Source of the DNA: Psilocybe cubensis
Lineage: Eukaryota
Length of the DNA stretch: 64,000 bases
NCBI GenBank assembly: GCA_017499595.2
Contig: CM038998.1
Coordinates: forward strand, 2,356,001 to 2,420,000
Direction of reading: 5' to 3'
Below the pieces are notes generated by a model. The model was not told where the DNA came from and made no database searches. It worked only from the letters and a program-made list of their open reading frames with translations. A program made the translations under genes and the position numbers. This document shows, one piece after another, positions 49,562-63,065 of this stretch (positions are counted from its first letter, which is position 1; every line of letters starts with the position of its first letter).

Positions 49562-52500
49562 CTAGGGCTTCATTTTTATATTGCTGACAATGAGGTTCTA
49601 ATGCAACCTTATTAGAACTGGCTTGACATGTAGCCAAGAAAAACGTACCTTATAGCTTTGGACGTCCCCCTTGAATTTCTTGACTGTGCCGTCTCCGCAA
49701 ACCCATAGCTGACAAAAAACACATCAGAATGATTAGATCATACGTCGAGCCTTGCATAAAACCTTACCTGGTTTGCGACCGTCGTGATGAACCTTTCATC
49801 GTGAGAAATGATAATGACACCACCATTCCACTTCTCTAATGCCGTCATGAGAGCATCAAGCCCCTGGTAAAGTGGTAAGGTATTGTGGAAACATGGTAAG
49901 ATTGGTGAACTTCCTCTATACCTCAATATCAAGATGATTGGTAGGCTGGATTGACGGCATGCGTATCAGTCAAACTCAGCAATTAGTATGAAGTGACACT
50001 TTCCTCGTCCAACAACAAAATATGAGGCCTCTGGAGCGACAGTAATGCAAATGCTACACGAGACTTCTGACCTCCACTAAGCGTCCCGATAGATTGCAGC
50101 CTGATTGGCGAGGTAAATCGTCTTAATTCCAAGAATCGGGGAGCCAACATACCCAGTCATACCACTGATCTGGAAATTTCCCAGATGTTGTCGGTATTCC
50201 TGCTCAGTCTTACCGGGAAATTTCGAAGAGAGAAATTGGACTGGACTCATAGTCGGGATCAACGATTCTACGTGATGTTGCGCAAAATAACCACTGGAGA
50301 GATGATAAACAAAGGAATTAACTCGTATACAAACAACTACTTACACTCGTAAGCGTCCATTACGCGTTACATGTCCAGAGAGAGGTTTTAATTCTCCAGT
50401 CAACAATTTTATTCTGAAAAAAAGTCGATGTAGAAGAAGAGAAGAAAGCCTTGGAACATCACTCACAGTGTTGATTTTCCTGCTCCATTAGCTCCAACCA
50501 TAGCGATACGTGAATCAAGACCGACGTCGAAGTTGACACCCTTAAGAATCAACTTGTCAGGGGAATATCCAAAAGTAACCTCGTTCATCTGCAACAAGGG
50601 CGGAGATATCTTATCGGTCTCTGGAAATCTAAAGTGGATATAAGTGAATGAAATATGGCTGTAACTGTGTCACTCACTTGAATTGCTCAGTTTCTTCTTG
50701 TTCAGGGGGTTGCAAATCAGGCAGCTAGATATGTATCAGAAAACATCCAGCTGAAGATTGACGACTTCGTACTTTTTCTAAAATCTTAATTTTCATTTGG
50801 GCTTGGGCAGCTATACATATAGAATATAAGTGAAAAAAGATGACGCATGACACCCTTCGAACACACCTCTATTAGCATTGTATCTCCAGCGATCGATAAA
50901 GGCCTGTAGATGTTTGCGGTATTCCATTTGTGTTTCATACTCTTTCTTCAAATTTTTGTCTCGTTCCGATTTGGTTGAATAGAATTGCGTAAAGTTTCTG
51001 AGGTAAAAGTTAGTTCCTTAAAATATAATGCAAGATGTTAAGCATACCCTTTGTAATAATCCAATCTTCCGGAGTGCTGATGCACAATATCCGTGGCCAC
51101 TGCGTCCCTGATAATATAAATCAACTCAACAAAATGGTTTGAGGGACGGATTATACGCTATAGCGTACAGGAATGCACGGTCGTGCGATCTGTATATTCC
51201 AATAAGCATCGAAGGCCTGTAGAATCGACGAACATAGCTCACACAACAAGGAGAGTGCCCGGCCATGTTTGAAGATAATCTTCCAACCAAGCCAAAGCGT
51301 TAAGATCGACTGTAAGGAATCAGATTAAGTGGTGAATCTCTTTTAAAAGAATCAGGAAGCATGATTTACTGTGGTTTGAGGGTTCATCCAACAACAATAA
51401 CGATGGCTATGAAAGTTTATAGCGATGTGTATTTCCTCGAGGATACTTGATACTGCACCTTTACAAAGAGCGCACGAGCCAATGCAAGTCGCATCCTGAA
51501 CAAATAGTGGTTCATTGTAATTATAGTAACATTTGTTATCACATTGAAAGCTTACCTCCAACCTCCACTGAACGATTTTGTAGGTCTTTGCTGATCCTGT
51601 TCATCGAACCCAAGCCCTGATCAAATCAACAACTGTTCATAAATAGCTACATGAGGCACTGACCTGCGAGAAGCGCAGCCGCACGCGCAGGCCCACTGGC
51701 AGCATCCATGTCCGATAACCTCGTGTGTACTTCAGACAACCTAGCAGAGAGCTCTTCTCTGGCATCCACAAAACGTTTATCATCTCCTTCGGCGTCTAAC
51801 TCTGTCAACTTTGCATCAAGAAGAGCTTGCTCTTTCATCAAATGATCACGCCAAACATCAGCTTTGAGTACAGAATCAATAGCCGAAGTGTCATCTCCGA
51901 CGATCTATCCCAACATTAGCTCTGGAATGAAATGCGATATCGATATGTCACTGACCTCTTGTTCTACAAATAGAATCGTGATATGAGCAGGGATGGGGAC
52001 TTCACGCATTGCAATTTGTCGCAGAAGGGTGGATTTACCAACACCTGAAAAATATCAATTTAAATTTCACAGACATCGAAGAAAGCCCGAACCATTGCGC
52101 CCAATTAGTCCATAACGACGTCCGTGAGCTAAAGTAAGTGTGGCTCCAGATCTGTATGTAGCAAATAGATGAGATCCTGTGCAAAAAAAAAAAACACACA
52201 AGAAATTACCAACAATATACGATTTGAACCAAAGCTGACGTCGATTGACGGAAGATGAATGTCTTTTGATTTGTTTTTTGATGCTGCACTAGCCTCCAGA
52301 GGATTAATCTTCATGAAGATAATAGAAAAATATCATCAGTTCAAACCAATCGTCTCAACAAATGGCCACCCACTTTCATAAACATTTCTTCGTATGATTG
52401 CTAATGAATGGAATTAGTAACTTATGCGCGGAGTGATTCAAAACCGTACTTGTTTACGGTGAGCGTCCAGTAACTTGGAACCTTCATATAGCAAATCTGT

Positions 52501-53038
52501 TCTGCGTGCCCGTTTCTCAAGTTTGGCCTAATACAACTTATGAAAACAGCCTCCTTCAACAGAGGCTATCAACATCTACCTGAATCTTGGCTTCTTGTTT
52601 TTCAAGCTTTTTGACATCCACTCTCGATGCTCTAGTAGAAAGAGACGTTAAGAGATATGCATTGAACGTGAGAGATTCCACATACTTTCCCTTATTTATT
52701 GACTCCAGATCCACCCCTTCTGAAAGAATGAGGGTGTTGGAAAGATGTGATTTACTCATGTCCATAACCTGGTCGAGTTTCTGCAACTTGGGACGAGACT
52801 TGTTTTTTAATCGGGCGTTCAAATGATCTTCTAGTATGTCGCCAAGTCGAATCATAAGTTTTGCTAGGACATCATTGTTGTTTCCAGCAACAGACTTTAA
52901 GATATCATGTGCAACTTGAAGAACATCTTCCTCTTCTCCAGCATCGTCCACAAGATATCCAGCAAGGTACTGGACAATGACTTCCTCTGTCCCAGGAAAA
53001 CTTGATCTGATCTCTTCTGCGATATCTTCAGACGACAT
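49562..53038 (-). CDS. GCN20: ABC-F family ATPase Gcn20/ABCF3; many short exons
   Basis: [82 protein letters not shown]. Confidence 0.95.
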
Positions 53039-53967
53039 GTCGATGTAATTTTCAACGTTAAGATAAGGATTTCTTATGATGGTTTGGTTAAATTTCTGAT
53101 TTGGTTTTATCGTGAAGTCGAGTCATTGACTTACTTCGCTGCAAGGAATGGCTAGAGTGCCGTGTGTCGTCGCAATTAGACTGCGCGAAGACTTTGTTTC
53201 GTAGAAGAGCAGAAAATGTATCCGTCCTAAATGGAAAAAGTGGCGTTGACAGTTCGAACAATGCTTGCAATTTGATGGCCTCGAAACCGTACTGAGATCC
53301 TACTTACTGTGTCTTAACATGATCAAAAATGTCACACGTGATGCAACGGATTTCACGCAGACAAAGCGATAGTTGCTTTCTATTCGCTTTCGGAAAACAT
53401 TTTATATCTGATACATTAGCGTAAGAAGGTGGGCTGTTGACAATTACCCATGGGTCTTCGTATTTTTTATTGCTTGTTGCACAATAATACACATATTACA
53501 ATTGAAAGTGAAAGACATATGAAATCACTTTCGATAAGTCATAAACTTTGACTGCGAAGCGTTCATCAATCTGTTTGCTAGCTTTCAACTTGCAATGACC
53601 CGTTGTGATCATATTGTACATTTGAAGACGGTGAAGCACCCTTCGAAATAGTTGGATGAAACGTAAAATAGATTTGTTTCGTGGATCAGTATAGTGTAGG
53701 AGTCGGTCCTGATGGATGTCTCATGCAGGCTAATTCGAGTCGGCGTTGCATTGAGGGGTACGGGAATCTTCATCAAGGATGCTGCATAATCAAGAATATA
53801 ACATGGCATGTTAGTACAACGGTTCTCAAAAAACGTTAATACGGATCTTGCAGTTTGATAAGTATTCATTCTTTGAGGTTTCACTTTCATTAATAACAAT
53901 ATGCAAATAGATCAGATAATTATGTCACCCAAGTTTAATGCATTAAATCGACCAACCAGCCAGTGGT

Positions 53968-55281
53968 TTACTGCGCACGGCCACGATTAAATCCGCCGCG
54001 ACCGCGGTTATTTCCAAATCTGCCACGTCCCTACATGATTATGGTCAAGAAAAGGCTGTAGCATGAAAACTTTAATTACTTACACCTCCATTGTTGTTGC
54101 CGCCATTACCGTTGTTGCCGCCATTACCATTGTTGCCACCATTGCCGTTGTTGCCGCCATTACCATTGTTGCCACCATTGCCGTTGTTGCCACCATTGCC
54201 GTTATTGCCACCATTGCCGTTGTTGCCACCATTGCCGTTGTTGCCACCATTGCCGTTGTTGCCGCCATTGTTGCCTGTGTTTGCATTGCCATTACCGGCA
54301 CCAGCAGTGAACTTGTGATATATATCTTCAATGCCATGAAAAAATAGTATAATGTGAAGAACTTACATATACACAGTCATCCAGAGACCCATGTTGAGCG
54401 ACTGGGGCTATGGCTGGTTGATGGTTGGCAGCTGCATTAATTGAGCACAGGCGATAGGCGCCAGCTGGCAAGCCTGTTGTAACGTCTGCTGTGAGAATGC
54501 CATTCTCAGCTGCGTTATTCAGACCCTATATGGCATCAGTCTCAGATATTCATAAGAAGCATCCGTCTAAGTCACCTTGAAGAATGCAAATTTCCTTGGG
54601 TCTGTTGGGGTAGTTTGAGAGAGTGACGTCAATTGCTCTACCACAACGTGAGAGTGACCGACGATGATTCCGGCCCCGTTCAGTTGCTGAGGGGCAGCGA
54701 AATAATTTTGCTGAGCGTTAACAAAAGCGCCTGTCTGCAGATTCCGGATAGCCATCCTGATGGTGAAAGGCACATTGGGCGCAATAACATCGCCGTTCTT
54801 CGGGTTTGTGAACTTCGAGGATGGCATTTTGTCTACTGACGGAATAGCGCCAATAGGAACGGGGTTACATGAGCCAGTTTCAATTTGTTTGCCATTGGTG
54901 AGGGGAAGATTTGGGACCGTGAGGCAAAAATTGATGAAATTATTTGTCGACGTCAAAGATGGTACCTGACCTGAAAATATTACTGCGTAAGCTGACGCGC
55001 GTTTATGTGATCATCTGTTTTCACCTTCGGTGGGGACGTCTTGTCCGTTATTCGAAAATCCTGTTGCAATGACCTTGGGATCGAGAGCTAAAAAGAAATT
55101 CAAAGGCGTGTAAACAAATTGGAATAGCAGCGTGAGATCCCAATTTGAGCTCACTGAAGGACTTCTGAGGATCCGTGGCTGGAGCATTACCACCTTTCCG
55201 TTGATTATTTTGGCGAGGAACAATCCCAGCATACACTCCAGTGATTGCAGGTACGAAAATGAGAGCGATTGGGAACTTCAT
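53968..55281 (-). CDS. Predicted secreted protein with Cys-containing core, (GGNNGN)n repeat and RG-rich tail; spliced
   Basis: Signal-like MKFPIALIFVPAITGVYA; core DPQKSF/LDP...TSTNNFINFC...GSCNP...GHSHVVVE...ANHQP...QHGSLDDCVY; spliced tail FTAGAGNGN...GRGRFGNNRGRGGFNRGRAQ. Confidence 0.8.
54088..54275 (-). repeat. Coding 18-bp tandem repeat (~10 copies) encoding GGNNGN
   Basis: + strand unit attgccgttgttgccacc with minor variants. Confidence 0.95.
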
Positions 55282-57263
55282 TTCGGATAATCGAGAGATA
55301 TGAACTGGTGTAAGTGGCGGAAAGACCAATAAAATACAACAGGCTAGATATATACATGCTCAGAATGGTGTATTAACGATTAAAACCAGCACTCACAGAG
55401 CAAAAACAAAGCTCAGGCAGCACGGCTGCAAGAAGCGAAATAGAACGAAAGGAGAGTGAAGAAAAGAAAGTGGGGCCTGCATTATGCTTCCCAGGAGTTA
55501 CAAGCCTTATGTAGAATCGGTGTAGAACCCAGTCGAATGGTATGTCGGGTCTGTTTCTACGGAAACCACGAGGGTTCGTAGATGGTTGGTGGTCATTGCA
55601 AGATCGCTGCCGGTGCGGTATGCATCATTCATCCTCTTGGTCCTTTGATGGGAAGGCACAGACAAAATAAACTTCCGAGACTTCCATTTAAAGAGCAACT
55701 TTGCATAATTCTATTGGATAAAGGACAAAAAAAGAGTCTGGAAAGACCAAATCTGACATTTTGCCGTGCAGGTGTAACCGATGCAAGGGATAACAAAAAG
55801 ACTAGTATACAATTATTTGTTCTCCAATCCGAAGGACAAAATGACCACGATCATCGATATACAGACGAGACGGGGATCTCGGTTAAATTTGCAGAAATTA
55901 CTAGTAAATTTATTTATATACAAGTCATTCTCTTTAAATTTCAAGAACCCACTTGATTCGTAAAGCGCGAAATTCAATAATTGTGAATACGGAGGACCTA
56001 CTGGCAGTGTCCCTTTTAAGTTTTGTGGAACTCAGATGTTTTGTAATTGCTTATACAAACATCAGACTCAGAACCAACGTCATCAGTTCTGCCCGTTCCA
56101 GTGGGTTCTGAACTGCAAATATCATCAGCCTGGAAAACCAACCTACTGCCTATCCATTCCCTCGGATATTCTGGTAACATTTAATATGTAATGATGGTAG
56201 TACGTAGGAAGCAACCGTATCAATGGTATGCCATCAAATAGACCAAACCACAGGAGCACCCGGATTTTCTTATTGACACATCGGATTGAATAGTCACAGA
56301 GAGGCTTGGCCAATCCCGCCAAGCCTCTCCGAGCGCCGTATGTATTGAGCCATTAACATTGACAAGGTGCAGCCTATTTTTATGTCAAACAATTTTGTTT
56401 GAATTATCACAATTAACAAGGATATACAGTATAACGTTCGAAGTCAGACGTAGATGCATTAGCGCCCGTGTATTTTTGAATTGCCTGGGAGCGTTAGTCT
56501 CTCCTAGACAGACTTCGATATCATGTGACGGTAAACGTACAGGAGCGTTACGTCACCGAAAGATGAGCGCAGTGATGTATCGTTCCTCTGATTCAAAGAA
56601 GTTTGGCAGCTACATATTTTCATATCGATTCATTTTATAAGTCTACACGTACACATACAATGGACTTCACGAAGCGCAGTATGTAGCTTGAGGACGAAGA
56701 AGACGAAAAAATCACGGCAACATAGCGAAACCGTCGATGAGTATTTACAAAAAAGGTGAGCTATGAAACTAACATCCATAGTGCCACCAGCAGCATCCTT
56801 AGAGGCGTTTTCTTCTCAAACCGGAAGGTATGCCGGCGCTTTGGTGCAAGATCGTAACTTACCATAATCTGAAATCAACTCAAGGTAGGAGCATACCCAA
56901 TGTAATTAGGTAACGCAGGTTTTCAAGTTCGACTGTATGAACATGAAAATAGCCGCAAATATCGATATCAAAATGCTCAACTGTATGGCATTAGTGGAAA
57001 GGGAGGCCAACCTTTTCGACAACGGGTTGTGGTGAATGACAGGGGTGAGGCTCGTTGATGTATGTGCGCAGTTCGCTGGCTGGCAAAGCACTGCATCTGA
57101 GGAATTTTTTTATTATATCGTCTATCTGTCATCTTTTGGGTAGGCTGGCATCATGATTGATAGAACGGTTATATGCTTGCAATGTAGGCGGAGGAGAATC
57201 CAACGGTTATACAGTAGAAATGAGGTGGAGATACGTGGGATGAAATTTTTGTTTGACGAAGCC

Positions 57264-57993
57264 CTACAATCCATTTCCAATCAATTTCGCGCTTTTCGTT
57301 TTCTCAACTGCACACATGAATGCTGCTAGGGTATCCACTTCTTCTCTTCCACTGATTGAATTCATTTCTCGGAAATGTCTTTCAACAATAGTGGCAAGAA
57401 CACCGTGCAGTTCTTGAACATCTGCTAGGACAGGTACACGGTGTCGCGGTTCTTCTTCCAGTAGCCGTGAACTCCTTCGTCGAGTTTGAGCATCTTTAGG
57501 ATCACGACGCGGCCTGTTGGCAGGGGTCAGCGCTGGAGGGCTGGCAGCTTGAGAGAGTTGTTGCTCCAGATCAGCGAGGGAGGAAGGTGCTGGGGGGTCT
57601 TCAGCAGTAAGTGGCGATGGGTAGACGCCAGGCACAATGTCGAACTGTATCATATATCGATGGAGCATAGGAGTTGACATCTTTTGAAATTCAACCTAGG
57701 GCACGAATGGAACTAGTGCACACTATTTGGAGATGGGCACGACTCACGAGGGATCTCCGGGTATCAACTTCCGCAACGTCTTTCTTTCCAACCCCCATTG
57801 CAAGTACATTTGGTTCGACTTTCTTTCGCTTTAGTCTGGGTTCTCCGTCGGCCTTTTCTATCGCCTGTCGCTTCAAAGCAGACGGTCCCGGTGCTGTAAC
57901 GGGAGGACCGAAATATGAGGCATCGTCATTGACCTTTTTACGAGCCTGGTTACGAGACCTAGAAGCTGAGAGTGTTTGAGCAGAACTTGACAT
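57264..57993 (-). CDS. SAP30: Sap30-like Sin3-binding subunit of the Rpd3L HDAC complex; one intron
   Basis: VEFQKMSTPMLHRY...LATIVERHFREM...EEVDTLAAFMCAV resembles the SAP30 Sin3-binding domain; basic NLS RLKRKK. Confidence 0.7.
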
Positions 57994-58271
57994 CCCTGGA
58001 TGTGTCGGGCGATTTCAGTGTTTGTGAGAGAGTCTAGGACAGTCTCTATTGGAGATTCAAGGAAGCCGTTAGTTATTTCGGAAATTGCCCGATTACCGAA
58101 TCATCGGAGCCCGATTAGATTATAATGCGCGCTTTCCCAGTTTGGAACCAATATCTTCGCTTTCCTTCGTCTTAACTTGTTCACCTCAGGTGCGATCTTC
58201 ATTTAATTGTTCATCATCAACCCGCCACTCATAAATACCCCAGTATTTTCTTCAAAGGATCATCACCCACC

Positions 58272-59754
58272 ATGTCCACGTTCGGAAAACTTTTCAGAGT
58301 CACCACTTATGGCGAAAGTCATTGCGCCTCTGTCGGGGCAATCATTGACGGATGTCCTCCAGTACGTCTTGAGTCCGACTTGCTTGCATGCAGGTTTAAA
58401 CGAGTTTCTCTTCCAGGGGCTTGAGTTGTCTGCGAAAGACATACAAACTCAACTCAGTCGACGTAGGCCAGGCCAAAGTAATCTCACCACACCGGTAGGA
58501 TTTACTGCTGAATGTATGCGCATATATTTACATATTTCGGCCGATACAGCGAGACGAAAAGGATTTGGTACAACTTCAGTCGGGTTTGGAAATGGGTGTT
58601 ACGTTGGGAACTCCCATTGGCCTTCTCGTCAAAAACGAAGACCAAAGGCCTCATGATTACTCCGAGACAGATTTGTATCCTCGCCCAAGTCATGCCGATT
58701 GGACATACCTCGAGAAGTACGGAATCAAGGCCAGCAGCGGTGGCGGAAGAAGCAGTGCACGCGAAACAATTGGTTGGTACATTTGGTGACTAAGTTGAAT
58801 AGTTGTATTCATTTCTACCATTAGGTCGTGTCGCTGCTGGAGCTATCGCCGAGAAGTATCTCAAACTCGCTTATGGAATTGAAATTGTCGCTTTTGTTAG
58901 CTCTGTCGGAAAGGTCCACCTTCCGTCGACTATTTCTTCTGCTTCAACCAGTAGCGAAGAAGACGATACTGCTCAGGACGCTCTCTCCAAAGATTTTGTT
59001 AATCTCCTGTCAACGATCACTAGGGAGGAAGTGGATAAATACCTCACTCGCTGCCCTCACCCTGAAACTTCTGAAAAAATGACCCAGGTATGGCAATTGA
59101 ACTGGAAAATGCACACTCCATTGACTCAATCGTAGAGGATTATACGCGCAAAAAACGCTCACGATTCTATTGGGGGAACGGTAACCTGTGTAATTCGAAA
59201 CGTTCCTTCGGGTCTTGGGGAGCCTGTTTTCGACAAGTTCGAGGCTTCTCTAGCTCAGGCCATGCTGTCGATACCTGCTACTAAAGCTTTCGAAGTCGGT
59301 TCGGGATTCAAGGGTACTGAGGTTCCTGGAAGCCAACACAACGACCCCTTTGTCAAAGATGAAGCTGGAAGACTGCGGACCACTACTAATTGGAGCGGAG
59401 GAATTCAAGGCGGAATCACCAATGGCGAACACATATATTTCAGGTAATTCCATTCTTTCTTCGTTTCCCATTCTGCAGGTACTCAATAAAATTAGAATTG
59501 GGTTCAAATCGCCTGCCACCATTTCGCAACCCCAAGAAACCGCACAATACGACGGCACTCCTGGCTCATTAGCTACCAGGGGTCGTCATGATCCTTGTGT
59601 TGTTCCTCGGGCCGTGCCTATTGTTGAAGCTATGGCGGCTCTTGTGGTGATGGATCAACTTCTCATTCAAAATGCGCGCAAGACTGCAGCCAGCTTACTT
59701 CCACCAATCACCACACTCCCACCCACCATGATTATTCCTAAGAAAGACAATTAG
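58272..59754 (+). CDS. ARO2: Chorismate synthase; spliced
   Basis: [72 protein letters not shown]. Confidence 0.98.
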
Positions 59755-59900
59755 AAAATTGCCGAAGTTCAGAGGTTTAGGGGAACGGGCGATATAAAAA
59801 TTTCATGATCATGACTACAACAGCATACAAACATAGACTTGGTGGAAATATAAAAGAATTTGGGAATCTGAACTGCAATGTGCGAATTTAAACGCGACTT

Positions 59901-60859
59901 CTAACCTTCATCGTCCGTTTCAACTAAACAATGACAACAAACGAGGGGCTCAAAATGCCACCACCACCACTGTTGTGTCACAACGGTTAAATGGTTTACT
60001 GAGTGCATAACGATCTTAATAGTTCTAAACGTACATGCTGGTTCAGAAGCCGCTTAGGCCAAGGTCCAAAAACTAAATCGATTTCTCTTGAGAAATCAGA
60101 TTCATTGTCGGTCGCTTGACCGATACCATTAAGTGGAGTTCGTTCATTGATAGTGTTATATCCTCCTCTTGTGCACGACTGTGTTTTGCCTGTTGTTGAA
60201 ATCCGCCCTCGCTGCTCACGAGGCTTTGTTCTCTGACTGTTCGCTCGAACAAACATTGATACACGCTGGCCCAAAGTACCCCACCCAGGTTTCCCTAAAC
60301 CATCTTCATGTGTTCGCAGAGGGGCCGATATAGACGAAGAGGGAGATCCGGATATCGACGAGGAAGACGAAAACGTCATATAATCATGTTCAGATCGTGA
60401 CTTTTGTTTCCGTCTGTTCAGCCCAGACGTGATACGCACGCGCGAGCGAAAACGGACCCTTCCAGTACGAGAGGGCACTTCATCTGACAGAGGCGTTTCG
60501 AGATCGTCATAACTTCCTTCCGTAGCAGCACTAAGTAGTTCTGGGCACCTTTCGGGGGTGGTATGTTGCGAAGGGGGTATTACGATATCGGGCCGACTAT
60601 TAGTCGACAAAGAAAGGATAGTGTAACTTCCACGGTCATTTTGGAGGTTGGTTGAGCCATTGACCAGAAAAGGCTCTGTAATTTGTCTCGTGTGCGCAGT
60701 CTGATCCCCTAAGGGTGGAGCGACACTTGTGTTTGCTGATGGACAGCCTGTACTAATGCATGTCAGGTGAGAACAATGAGGCTTCCTAAGAACAGGACAG
60801 GACTCGCCAGGGTGAGGGGCATTGAGGTATGTATTTGGGTGGCCAGCTTCAGAAGTCAT
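59901..60859 (-). CDS. Hypothetical protein with spliced C-terminus WWWWHFEPLVCCHC
   Basis: ORF 59996-60931 with RVRFRSRVRITSG and VFGPWPKRLLNQH, then a GT-AG intron to a short last exon. Confidence 0.6.
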
Positions 60860-61046
60860 GGAGGAGTTCAAGTTGAAAGAGAGAACTTCTTGTAGAACGG
60901 TGGAAAATAGTATCGTCAGGTCATCTGACAACGCTGTGATTGCCAGAAAGTCTATTTTATCGGCTGAAGTGCAGGCGCTCTAGGACGTTGGAATCTCTAT
61001 GGGTTTGTAATCTATGCGTCTAAAGTAGTTGTGACAACATCTATAT

Positions 61047-63065
61047 TTAGCTCGCTCCCGCCCAGACTTCTCCCATCGCATGTGCAACGGTCGCGGCGTC
61101 GAAGCGCGAACCCCCATCAAACTCTCTGCATCTCACACCCATGAGCTGTTTTTTTGTTTATCAGATAATGTCTTTGGCAGCGCATATGGAAGGTTTATGC
61201 TCACCGTAATTTGCTTGACATCCACTGGAACCTTTGTCCCTTTGAGATAAACCAGATCGGTTATGAACGCCGAGGTGGGGTATGTGGTATTAGCACCTCC
61301 TAGCCCATACACTGGAGTAGAGTGATTGTTGTTATTCAAGGTTTGTACAATTGCTCTATTTTCGTGCAACGTTAGTTCAACTCAATTACACGAAAAGAAG
61401 GGCAACAACTGACCGTATATAATCTGCAGCCGTGTACCCTTCAGTCTCCCGGTCGTTTTCTCCATTTACTAAATTATACAATGGGTTTTGATCATGTACG
61501 CATTACTTATGAAACTCACATAGAAGAACTTTCGCGCGGATCGATGGGGATTTTGCAATGCTCAAAGCAACACCTTTCATGGCCAAGCAAGGGATAATGC
61601 TTTTATGGTATGTAAGCCTGTCTGGCGTAGGGTTTAGGGTCTTGAACGAACCTAGTCCACAAAGATCCACACGAGTACACCAATATATCTCTTGATGCTA
61701 TGTTTGCAAGGAAATCTGGATTTGGAGAAGGGTGTATTTCCATCCCATAACCATTGATGTAGTAGAGCCCTGAAAAATTTCAGTCCCCCATGAGGATCAC
61801 TGAGTATAGAAACTAAAGAAACAGCTCACTGCTTATACGTGAAGGCAGAGGCTCGTATTTGTCTTTTCCAATTGATTCAAACATGACATTTTGCTTGGGT
61901 GAAACGTATTCGCCGATTCCATCAGGAGCAGGGGCATCGTCGTCGGAAGGTTGAGGGATTGCCGGCTCTGGTGAGACCATGGGATGTGATATTTCGCACT
62001 GGCCAACGAGATGTTCTCCGTCCTCCTGGCAGATAAGAGATAACTATTAAGCGTTCTGTAGAACACGAGGAGTTCCTGAGTCCGTACCAGTTCCGCTGCA
62101 ATAGTAACTGTATGATTGGTTACAATGACAGGCAGGATGTTCGCCTGTGAATTTGGATAAGAAAAAAAATCACCTTGGAAGATAAGGATAAGTAAGATTC
62201 ACCTGGCTGTTTGTGATGGAAGAGAAGAGAAATATAGCGGACGGTAGCGACCTAAAAAAACCTTGAGCTGCAGCGAGAAAGTAATTGCCGATACTAAATA
62301 CAAAATTATCAGTGTACCGATACCTAAATCATAAAATAAGAAACTTTCCTGCCGTTGCGAAAATCGAAGTTCTTGTGAGCACGCTTGAGTAGCTCACTTT
62401 CAAAGTAAACAAGAAATCCTACGAATCGTCTTCAGCGTCAGCGGTACCAAACGCTGGAATAGAGTATATACCTCTAATGGTTTCTTTCCTGTCAATGGGT
62501 ATCCCTCGCCATAGTTTACTTTTTCCTTCAACAATGTCTCGCCATTCTTCCCGGGCATCCCTCTGGGAAGTGTGAGAAGACAAACGATGAGCCAACAGTC
62601 GTCGAATCGCCTCTAGGGGTGAGGAAGGTGCAGCATGGGGGATCAGACGGACAAGCCTTGACCTTATATCACCTGGAAAATTTCTTTAGATATGTAGAGA
62701 GCCAGAGTGGTATGAGTGATTTCACCAACTGAGGGACCGCCGAGTACGCGTATAATTTCGCTGGATGAGCCTCCGTCGTCCGACACAGGAAGAACGTAAC
62801 AGACATTCCGGAAGGCAGAGCAGATGGCATTACCGCCAGTGCCTCCAGAAATAACAAGAAATGATTTGTCTCTAGTAGAAATATCTACGGACAGTTCATC
62901 TTGGTCTATGGCAGGAGAAAAAGATTTCTCAATCCCAGTGGACACGCCAAGTCCATTAACTGGGAGAACAGGGTTTACTGGTTGAATAGGGAGATCGAAA
63001 ACAGAAGAGCCTGGGCTGTCATGATGAGGAATTGTCAACGCTTGGCTATGATCTCTGTCGCCCAT
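61047..63065 (-). CDS. UPF0052/CofD-like (YvcK/GlmR, yeast YNL011C-type) protein; many introns
   Basis: LVISGGTGGN, VLPVSDDGGSSSEIIRVLGGPSVGD, ASIGNYFLAA, GQCEISHP, LLLNGENDRETEG. Confidence 0.88.

Noticed and set aside
54063..54347. + strand ORFs (VVATIA)n and (LLPPLP)n, and minus-strand (MVATTA)n
   Set aside because: Shadow frames of the 18-bp repeat; splice sites place the real frame as GGNNGN
61631..61640. Telomere-like ttaggg
   Set aside because: Single copy inside a gene
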